Virus record (IMG/VR): IMGVR_UViG_3300050821_018577
Span: 32,001-96,000 of that record
Reading direction: 5' to 3' (one strand)
Source: a virus
Length of the DNA: 64,000 nucleotides
Shown here one piece after another: positions 9,077-15,723 of the stretch. A program made the translations under genes and the position numbers. The stretch's first letter is position 1, and each line of letters begins with the position of its first letter. The notes under the pieces were generated by a model that saw only the letters and a program-made list of their open reading frames with translations, made no database searches and was not told the DNA's origin.

Positions 9077-9366
9077 TTCGCCTTGTCCAATGGCTCTGTC
9101 CGCAGCGGCACTGCATCGTAGCGGTTGCCTACGACCCTGAACATCAGGACCATGATGCTGCCATTGCCCAGATGGAATCCTTTGTGGCCGCCGCTAATGT
9201 GCTGCCACACTGCGGTCTGTGCGGGTCGAAGTCACTGTTCTACGATGACCAGCCTACGAAATTTGAGACTATGCAACAGGCGCAAGCAACTCGCCAATCT
9301 CAGAACGCAGGAATATTTGAAGGCGTCGAGGAATTAAGAGATGCTCTCCCTGGTTCGAATCGATAG
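9073..9366 (+). CDS. hypothetical Zn-finger protein
   Basis: GTGA overlap; CPQRHC and CGLCGS motifs. Confidence 0.55.
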   Translation: MIRLVQWLCPQRHCIVAVAYDPEHQDHDAAIAQMESFVAAANVLPHCGLCGSKSLFYDDQPTKFETMQQAQATRQSQNAGIFEGVEELRDALPGSNR

Positions 9367-10168
9367 CGACATTCCTAACGGCATAAAGTATTTTGTGATA
9401 GCCGAGGAAAGTGTGCTTGCGGTCGCGCGTGAGTATATTAGCCCGGTGACCGGCCGCAGGATGCGCAGCGGCGTTCCCTCGGTTCGAAATATTGTGGTAG
9501 TACACCGCCCCGACGGGTGGGCCTGCCAAGCCTGTCAGCCGCCACCGTACCATCCCGTCTTGGCGCCACCCTGTGAACATATCCGGTTTGCAATTGAGCT
9601 ATATTTAACCAACGGCTACGCGACGACGGAGCGTGAAGAATACTTGCAAGAGTGCGCGAGGCAGAGCAGGGAAGCGGAAGCTCGAGGCGCACGCCGCATT
9701 GAAAACGCAAGTGACGTAGAGCTAGAGGACCGCGCTAATCATCCGGACTGGTTTATTCCACGAAACAGCATCACTGGCGAAGAAATAGATAGGGTGCGCG
9801 CGGAAGCATACACCGAAATGAATCACCGTCGCGCCAGGCGGCAGCACGAGAGGCTCACTCACGACCGCGCAATTGCCGAGCGACGCGCAAGGAACGCACA
9901 AATCGACCGCGAACGCGCACGATTTTCTTGGCAGTGGTTTGACAATTTGTTACCTGAATCGGAACAGGTCAAGGTCAGATGTTGTAATGCTCCTAACACC
10001 GATGGAAGTTACCGGTGCAATAAGGAACTTGGACATTCAGGCGACCATGTTCATAGTTTTATCCGCAATGGTGAGCGTGACTTTTATTGGTGGCCAGTGA
10101 AGCCGGCGCCTGAACCAATCGCCACCTTGGACCTCCACGCCAAGCGCAGGATCAGGGTCGAAGAGTAG
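9341..10168 (+). CDS. SWIM-like Zn-finger protein ending AKRRIRVEE
   Basis: WACQAC...PCEHI motif; C-terminal C..C...H.G.H. Confidence 0.65.
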   Translation: MLSLVRIDSDIPNGIKYFVIAEESVLAVAREYISPVTGRRMRSGVPSVRNIVVVHRPDGWACQACQPPPYHPVLAPPCEHIRFAIELYLTNGYATTEREEYLQECARQSREAEARGARRIENASDVELEDRANHPDWFIPRNSITGEEIDRVRAEAYTEMNHRRARRQHERLTHDRAIAERRARNAQIDRERARFSWQWFDNLLPESEQVKVRCCNAPNTDGSYRCNKELGHSGDHVHSFIRNGERDFYWWPVKPAPEPIATLDLHAKRRIRVEE

Positions 10169-10328
10169 GCTGCCGTCTAGATTTTTCAAATTCTAAAATT
10201 TTCCAATGGCACTTCCGGCAGCAGCGATAGACATGCTCAAGGCGGGTAAGCACTTCCTCCCACAAATCTGCGCGAATCACCATTGGAGGTCGATTAAGAG
10301 GACGCAGGATGACGAATTCATAATTCAT
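10152..10328 (-). CDS. hypothetical protein
   Basis: ATG at 10328 overlapping the upstream gene end. Confidence 0.4.
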   Translation of the reverse strand: MNYEFVILRPLNRPPMVIRADLWEEVLTRLEHVYRCCRKCHWKILEFEKSRRQPTLRP

Positions 10329-10878
10329 GTATCGGAGCAAGGTCCTCTCCGATGATTCCCGCACGCTGAAATCCGTAAAAACTGTTGCTGTGCGGATGAC
10401 TGTACTTGATTCCCTTTTCGTCTTTTTCCCACTGAATATTGAAGATGGCCAGACTGAGCTCGGCGAATTGCGCAAACTCTTCCGGCGTCGCGTCTGTTAG
10501 GTGCGTGTTGTAGAACTTGAAATGTAAACGTTTCCGCGTGCCGAGGATCGGTCGGCTCCAATAGCCGGTGACGCCGCGCTCTTTTGGACAAGCGCAATCT
10601 GCTCGATGGTGCGCAAAGCAGGTCCAATAATCTCCAGCACCAAAATCCACCACGCCATCTGGTAGTGATTCCGAGCCAATTTCTACAATCTTGTCGGCTT
10701 CTGGGTTTGGCGGCTCGATATACACCTTGTGGGGCCACCCATATTTTTGGTCTGCGCCGCTGAATCGTGTGCCAGGAGTTTTCAGGAATCGGATTGCATC
10801 AGCGACGCTGATAGACCCGCAATAGGAACAGTGTTTGGTTCCAGCTTCGCCGTCGCGATATGTTCCGCTACAGCTCAT
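10318..10878 (-). CDS. hypothetical phage protein (CSYCGS)
   Basis: 186-aa ORF with Cys motifs. Confidence 0.7.
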   Translation of the reverse strand: MSCSGTYRDGEAGTKHCSYCGSISVADAIRFLKTPGTRFSGADQKYGWPHKVYIEPPNPEADKIVEIGSESLPDGVVDFGAGDYWTCFAHHRADCACPKERGVTGYWSRPILGTRKRLHFKFYNTHLTDATPEEFAQFAELSLAIFNIQWEKDEKGIKYSHPHSNSFYGFQRAGIIGEDLAPIHEL

Positions 10879-10900
10879 TTCTGAAAATGGATTTTAGCAC

Positions 10901-10942
10901 AAAAAGCCCGGCTCCTTTTAGGCAAAGAACCGGGCTAGTTTT
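10901..10942 (-). terminator. intrinsic terminator
   Basis: AGCCCGG...CCGGGCT hairpin with T-run on the minus strand. Confidence 0.6.
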
Positions 10943-10959
10943 CTGTCAGGCTTGAGCGT

Positions 10960-11226
10960 TTATGGCTGGTAGCCGCACTGATTACAACGCACGATTACCC
11001 TCGGGCTGCCCTGTGCCACGAATGTGTCCGCAATCGTCAAGGCTGTACTACGGCATTTCGGACATGCCAGTCCGGCCAGCACCAGGTTCTCTCTCGCGAC
11101 CCGCGCCAATTCCACAGCCTTGGCCAAAAGAACAGCGGCCGCTTTTTTGATTACGTCTTTAGATTCTTTCTTTGGCGCCTTCTTCGGCGCTTTCTTTGCT
11201 ACTCGTTTCGCAGAAGTTTTTGCCAT
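10960..11226 (-). CDS. Lys/Ala-rich (histone-like) N-terminus plus Zn ribbon
   Basis: KRVAKKAPKKAPKK; CPKC...CNQCG. Confidence 0.6.
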   Translation of the reverse strand: MAKTSAKRVAKKAPKKAPKKESKDVIKKAAAVLLAKAVELARVARENLVLAGLACPKCRSTALTIADTFVAQGSPRVIVRCNQCGYQP

Positions 11227-11294
11227 TGGGAACCTCCCAAATAGTACGCTATCACCATTTAGTTCCGGTTGGTCTGTATAAAATAGGACACTAC

Positions 11295-12269
11295 TTACTT
11301 TTTGGCTTTTACGGCCTCTTGTTCTTCGGCGAGCGTCGAGGCCGGAAACACCGCGGACTTGAGCCCGGTGAAAGCGCCGGTGCCGGCGACGTCGGCTTCG
11401 TCTTTGTCTTTCATGCCAAACCACGGCCCTGTGTAAGTCTCGCTGGTGGCTGGCTTCGGTACTTTTTTGCCAGTGATTTCCTCGAAGGCTTCGGCGTTCA
11501 CCAGATACATGGCAAACGTTGCGGCCGGCTTCTCCTGCCAAACCTCGAGGCCGTGTGGATCCGAATAGACCTTTTGGATGATTTTCCCGCCGCGACCGAC
11601 GCCCATTTCACCCATGGACTGGCCGCGCGCTCCGCTTCGCTTAACGAGACTCGCGCTCGGCGCTAGGTGGCTGGTAGCTATGAGCGAATGACTGCCGTAA
11701 GACAAATTTGCGCCCATTGGATAGTTGAATTCGTCGCTGTCGAGGTCCGAGGCCCAGCCTTCATGCGGCAGGATCTTCGACTTGAGCTTGCTCGGATCCG
11801 TAGGTTCGAACAACGCGATGCCGATGGCGCCTGTCTTTGACTCTTCGCCGAGCAGCTGCTCGGCGACAGAGATGCCTTTGCCCTTCTGGTACGGCGTGGC
11901 CACAAATTGATAGACCGTGCCGTCCTGGTCTTTCCAGCCATCAAGCCACGGCTGCGGCGGCGTGACGAGGTAGTTGTCTTTGGCGAGCGTAGTGCCGAGT
12001 TTGTCGCCAGTGAGTGCGTTGATGCCGCCAGCGCCGATGAGCAAAGCGACCGGATGCTTGGTTGAAAAACTCATCCACAACGCTTCGGTGTCATGGAGCG
12101 CGACAAAGCACGCTTCGGCTTCCCAGGTGGATGGGCATTTATCCGCGTAGTCTTTTACGCGGAACACTTCCATTCTTCCGAGGCTTGGCGGCAGGTTTGA
12201 CGGTTTTCTTCCGTCCGGGACTCTTACGGTTCGATGAAACGTTACTTCTAACGATGGACTGATTCTCAT
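11295..12269 (-). CDS. conserved protein of unknown function (FHRTVRVPD..LPP..G / PQPWLDG / MGVGRGG family)
   Basis: ATG 12269 with AAGGAG SD; motifs of a family I recall from bacteria and fungi. Confidence 0.75.
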   Translation of the reverse strand: MRISPSLEVTFHRTVRVPDGRKPSNLPPSLGRMEVFRVKDYADKCPSTWEAEACFVALHDTEALWMSFSTKHPVALLIGAGGINALTGDKLGTTLAKDNYLVTPPQPWLDGWKDQDGTVYQFVATPYQKGKGISVAEQLLGEESKTGAIGIALFEPTDPSKLKSKILPHEGWASDLDSDEFNYPMGANLSYGSHSLIATSHLAPSASLVKRSGARGQSMGEMGVGRGGKIIQKVYSDPHGLEVWQEKPAATFAMYLVNAEAFEEITGKKVPKPATSETYTGPWFGMKDKDEADVAGTGAFTGLKSAVFPASTLAEEQEAVKAKK

Positions 12270-12393
12270 GGCGTCTCCTTTTGTTCCAGGTTCTTCGTTT
12301 GCATTGCGGACACCGGTCGGGGAAAAACATCGTGGACCAATTGTGTCCACACCATTCACAGTGGCAGCCGAATGCTTCGAGTAGCCGGTACAT
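12139..12393 (-). CDS. Zn-ribbon protein (CEWCGHNW..PDRCPQCK..WN)
   Basis: typical CxxCGHxW..CPxCK..W ribbon; tail overlaps the next gene. Confidence 0.55.
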   Translation of the reverse strand: MYRLLEAFGCHCEWCGHNWSTMFFPDRCPQCKRRTWNKRRRHENQSIVRSNVSSNRKSPGRKKTVKPAAKPRKNGSVPRKRLRG

Positions 12394-12407
12394 AGCGGTA
12401 CAACTAT

Positions 12408-12448
12408 ACCATAGAACCTTGACTTTACTGGTGCAAATGTACCATAAT
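12408..12448. promoter_or_regulatory. overlapping divergent sigma70 promoters
   Basis: plus TTGACT-18-CATAAT; minus TTGCAC-17-TATGGT. Confidence 0.55.
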
Positions 12449-12461
12449 CCCGGAATCGTTT

Positions 12462-13169
12462 ATGCGCCAAGACATGAAAGACCTGTTGGTGAACACTGGC
12501 CGGTCCGGAGACTATGCCAAAAGCCGGCGTGCGCGTTTCAAGCACGCGGATCCGGAGCTTTTGCCTCGCCGTATCAGTCAGGCCACGTTTGGTTGGTATG
12601 CGAGAAGCCAGGGCGACCGGCTGGCGCCGCTTCGCCGGTTCCTCGAAGTGAACTGCGGCCGGCCCTGGGCGGACATCTACTCCGAAATCTGCGCGGTGTC
12701 GGACGCCAGAACCATTCGCGGATACCATCTCCGCGAGCATGTCCACCAATACGTTCGCCAATACGAACATGACCTTGGCCAACGCGCTTGGGGATCGTTC
12801 TTTGTCGGCGCGGATGGCATCCTGCACCAAGAGTCTAGGCTGACGAACGCGGAACGTGCCGCCCGCTGGAAGAACAGTTTGCAGTGGGACCCAAAAGAAA
12901 AAAAATGGAAACTGCCCAAGCCGCCCAATCCTAAAGTCACAGACAACGCAGACCGCTGGTGGGAAAAGATTGAAGGCTATTGGTACGAGTTCACTGTGAC
13001 TCACATCAAGACCACTTACCCAGTTGAATGGCTCATCGACCGCGGAAATAATGTGGTGGATATCGGTCGCGAATTAAAAGAAAGAATCTTTGATAAGACC
13101 ATCAAGCGCCAGGTGGATTCCAAGACCATCAAAAAACTCGAAGCGATGCTGCGGTCGAAGGTCGCATGA
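12462..13169 (+). CDS. conserved hypothetical protein (LAPLRRFL..GRPW..YSEIC)
   Basis: 235-aa ORF downstream of a promoter. Confidence 0.75.
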   Translation: MRQDMKDLLVNTGRSGDYAKSRRARFKHADPELLPRRISQATFGWYARSQGDRLAPLRRFLEVNCGRPWADIYSEICAVSDARTIRGYHLREHVHQYVRQYEHDLGQRAWGSFFVGADGILHQESRLTNAERAARWKNSLQWDPKEKKWKLPKPPNPKVTDNADRWWEKIEGYWYEFTVTHIKTTYPVEWLIDRGNNVVDIGRELKERIFDKTIKRQVDSKTIKKLEAMLRSKVA

Positions 13170-13381
13170 AGATACGCTCAATCGTCGGCAAGACCATCAA
13201 ATCCGCTGAGGCCACAACTCACGAAGCTTCGGATAGTTGTGTATTTGCAACCATTGAATTCAGGTTCACCGATGGCTCGATGTACAGTTTATGTCTGCAA
13301 GCTCTACCTCAAGTCCATGGAATGCTTTTCAAGAGCGATAACGATGACAACGCTACGGAAGTGGAGTTGGTCAAGCCGTGA
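13166..13381 (+). CDS. hypothetical protein
   Basis: ATGA overlap. Confidence 0.6.
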   Translation: MKIRSIVGKTIKSAEATTHEASDSCVFATIEFRFTDGSMYSLCLQALPQVHGMLFKSDNDDNATEVELVKP

Positions 13382-14103
13382 AGCCGGCAAACTTTCTTCG
13401 CACCGTAGGATTCAAAGACCTCAAGAAAAACAAGCTAACTGTCATTTCCCTGTTCAGTGGCTGCGGCGGCATGGATCTCGGCTGTATGCAAGCGGGCCTC
13501 GAAGTGCGGGTGATGATTGACAACGAGAAAACCTGCTGCGAGACGCTATACGAGAATTTTGTCAAACGGTCTTTATATCGAAAGCGGGCTCCGGTTCCGG
13601 CCATCCTGCACCGGGACATTTGCCAAACGCCCACGTCGATGATACTCGATGCGGCTAAGCTGCAGGTCGGTGAAGCGGGCGTAGTGACCGCAGGATTCCC
13701 TTGCACGGGATTCAGCTTGGCTGGCAAGCGCAGAATCGATGACCCACGCAACAAACTCTACTTGGAATGTGTGCGGGTCATACGTGAGGCGCTACCGCGG
13801 TTCTTCATTTTAGAGAATGTCCCAGGACTTATCTCCATGGACAAGGGCCGGATCATCGACCGCATTTGCCGGGATCTCGCCTGCTGCGGCTACGATGTGC
13901 ACTGGCAGAAGCTGAATGCCGCGGACTACGGCGTGCCGCAGAATCGCATCCGCGTTTTCTTCATCGGCCAGCGCGTCGATATGCTCTATTGGAACGGCAA
14001 AGACAATCCGCAATTGCACATGGGCTGCGGAGGCCGCTACAAGCATCCGGAATTTTTCGAGAAGAAGTACAAAATCGAATCGTATTGGCCGGAGGCGGCG
14101 TGA
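13378..14103 (+). CDS. C5-cytosine DNA methyltransferase, catalytic (alpha-type) part only
   Basis: motifs I FSGCGG, IV GFPC, VI ENV, VIII QNRIRVF; no TRD or motifs IX/X. Confidence 0.85.
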   Translation: MKPANFLRTVGFKDLKKNKLTVISLFSGCGGMDLGCMQAGLEVRVMIDNEKTCCETLYENFVKRSLYRKRAPVPAILHRDICQTPTSMILDAAKLQVGEAGVVTAGFPCTGFSLAGKRRIDDPRNKLYLECVRVIREALPRFFILENVPGLISMDKGRIIDRICRDLACCGYDVHWQKLNAADYGVPQNRIRVFFIGQRVDMLYWNGKDNPQLHMGCGGRYKHPEFFEKKYKIESYWPEAA

Positions 14104-14441
14104 TGCGCCTATGGCTCGACGATATTCGAGAGCCATGGAAGCACGGCTGTGTCGGTTGGGATTGGGCCAAGACCGCCGAGGAAGCTATCGCATTTCTGCG
14201 CACCGGCACGGTCACCATCGCTTCGCTCGACCATGACCTAACTCCAGAGCAAACGCTTGGTGGAATCTACGGCGTAATTAAGACGGACGGCCAGAAGTCA
14301 GGATACGACGTTGTGGTGTGGCTTGAAGAACATCCAGAATTCTGGCCTGCGGACGGTGTTCGCGTGCATTCGATGAATCCCGCCGGCCGCAAACGGATGC
14401 TGCAGGTGATTGAACGTCATTACAATGAGCGCACCGGCTAG
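14103..14441 (+). CDS. cyclic-phosphate-processing receiver-like (cREC) protein
   Basis: LWLDDIRE..SLDHDL..SGYDV..VHSMNP.G pattern. Confidence 0.75.
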   Translation: MRLWLDDIREPWKHGCVGWDWAKTAEEAIAFLRTGTVTIASLDHDLTPEQTLGGIYGVIKTDGQKSGYDVVVWLEEHPEFWPADGVRVHSMNPAGRKRMLQVIERHYNERTG

Positions 14442-14830
14442 GATTCCGCCCTGTCACCTAGCGTTAGAGGCTTATTCTCCCCGTATCCCTTGCGACCGAG
14501 CTCGGTTAGGGGGCCCTAGTGCCATTTCGGGCCGATGAAGGGCTTGCCTCCGCCTGTTGGCACCGTCAGAGCAGCAAGGTCAATTCCTTTTCAGCCAGCC
14601 GCGTGCTGCCGTTTAAGGCGACGCGATTGCGCTGTCACGCTCTGCAAAGCTTCGAAGGTGTCCGGGATCGTTTCACTCGGTCCCCGCCTTGACTTCAAAC
14701 GGGAGATGCGTCTCTGCCCGGCACACGGTGCGCTCGCGCGGAGTATACACCTAAAAAGACCGGCGCGGGAAGAGGTCGGAGTTCTTCGGAACCGCGCCGG
14801 TACGTTGTGTCCCTCTTGGAGCAACAGATT
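14442..14830 (-). ncRNA. candidate large structured ncRNA
   Basis: no credible ORF; several long-range helices; own promoter. Confidence 0.45.
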
Positions 14831-14837
14831 GACAGAA

Positions 14838-14867
14838 ATCCTATTGCAAACTTACAGGCTAAGTCAA
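14838..14867 (-). promoter_or_regulatory. sigma70-type promoter
   Basis: TTGACT-18-TAGGAT on the minus strand. Confidence 0.5.
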
Positions 14868-14871
14868 GCCA

Positions 14872-14909
14872 AAATAAAAGGCCGACTCTCCGTGAGGAAG
14901 CCGGCCTTG
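14872..14909 (-). terminator. intrinsic terminator of the tRNA cassette
   Basis: AAGGCCGGCT..AGTCGGCCTT hairpin followed by TTATTTT. Confidence 0.65.
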
Positions 14910-15037
14910 AGTGGTTGAAGTTGAGTTTGGGAGCTTCGAAGTGTGTTTAACGCGACGGTCGAACCGCCAAAGGCACCAAACATTCCGAAGCCAAGCAAAG
15001 AGATTTTGGCAGCCAAATGCACCACCGTCAAGGAATT

Positions 15038-15115
15038 TGGAGCGCCTGACGGGATTCGAACCCGCAACCCTTCGCCCTAGGAGACGAATGCTCTGCGCAG
15101 TTGAGCTACAGGCGC
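15038..15115 (-). tRNA. atypical tRNA with 8-nt anticodon loop (CTCCTAGG; Arg-CCT-like)
   Basis: GCGCCTG/CAGGCGC acceptor, U73, CCA; GCTC/GAGC D-stem; TTCGT/GCGAA stem; GCGGG-TTCGAAT-CCCGT T-arm. Confidence 0.75.
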
Positions 15116-15120
15116 TCGGA

Positions 15121-15158
15121 GGAATATTTTTTATTCTTATAGGAACAAAAAATATTCC
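15121..15158. repeat. AT-rich inverted repeat
   Basis: GGAATATTTTTT...AAAAAATATTCC 12-bp arms. Confidence 0.7.
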
Positions 15159-15166
15159 TGAAAACT

Positions 15167-15219
15167 TGGCGCCGGAGTCCCACTTAAGGGCACGCAGCAC
15201 TAGCAGCCGCGCCTCCGGC
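15167..15219 (-). ncRNA. 53-nt mini tRNA-like element
   Basis: perfect GCCGGAG/CTCCGGC acceptor stem plus GCCA end; one hairpin and a degenerate T-arm (CCC-TTAAGT-GGG). Confidence 0.5.
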
Positions 15220-15723
15220 ACTGGCTCGCCCGGTGTGACTTGAACACACATCGTCAGCTTTAGAGGCTGCTGCACTGGCCGGTTGTGCTACAGGCGAACT
15301 GAAATCTGGAGCCGCTGGCAGATTACGAGTCTGCGGCCTCTCGGTTAAAACCGAGTGCTCTTTATCGGAAGAAACTTCCGGTCGATGCTGAGCTACAGCG
15401 GCGTGGTTGTAAACTCGATAGTTGGCCAGCGCCTTGCGCTGCTCGCCGGCGATCGGGCTCGTCGCAATTGCGGTGAGCTCGTCATTGAAGTCAGGCTCGT
15501 GCCAAGAAAAATGCGGGATGTTATTGGCGCATAGCTTTGCTTCCGCGCGGCGAAGCGACGCCAAGTGCGGCAGGCCAATCAAAACCATATTGGGAATTCC
15601 TTCTTCACAACGAAGCGAGGCAACGTGGAAGGAGGCATGAGCGGTCTGAATAATTTGCGCAGGGATGGGGATGTCGGTTCGAACGAACAGGAAAACGTAG
15701 CGGTCGTCGCTTATCTATGTCAT
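15184..15723 (-). CDS. Pth2-fold (peptidyl-tRNA hydrolase-like) protein with in-frame TAG at codon 3; frame continues through tRNA elements
   Basis: ATG ACA TAG ATA AGC...; YVFLFVRTDIP..QIIQTAHA..MVLIG..EPDFNDELTAIATSP; ORF track captured only 15184..15588. Confidence 0.75.
15222..15297 (-). tRNA. amber suppressor tRNA (anticodon CUA)
   Basis: 76-nt cloverleaf: TCGCCTG/CGGGCGA, G73, CCA; GCAC/GTGC D-stem with GG; loop CT-CTA-AA; GTGTG-TTCAAGT-CACAC. Confidence 0.85.
15307..15402 (-). tRNA. atypical Lys(TTT)-like tRNA element with D-loop hairpin insertion and 6-nt anticodon loop
   Basis: GCCGCTG/CAGCGGC, TCCA end; GCTC/GAGC; CTCGG-TTTTAA-CCGAG; GCAGA-CTCGTAA-TCTGC. Confidence 0.65.

Noticed and set aside
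11295-13004. 569-aa ORF as one protein
   Set aside because: The upstream 245 codons are antisense to 12462..13169 and cross a promoter; a strong SD supports ATG 12269.
14442-14830. tmRNA or RNase P RNA
   Set aside because: No tRNA-like GGGG 5' end or T-arm/CCA 3' end, no tag ending in AA, and no GAGGAAAGUCC P4 motif.
15222-15297. Pyrrolysine tRNA
   Set aside because: It has a standard 5-bp anticodon stem position, D-loop GG and T-loop TTC, unlike tRNA-Pyl; no pyl genes are visible.
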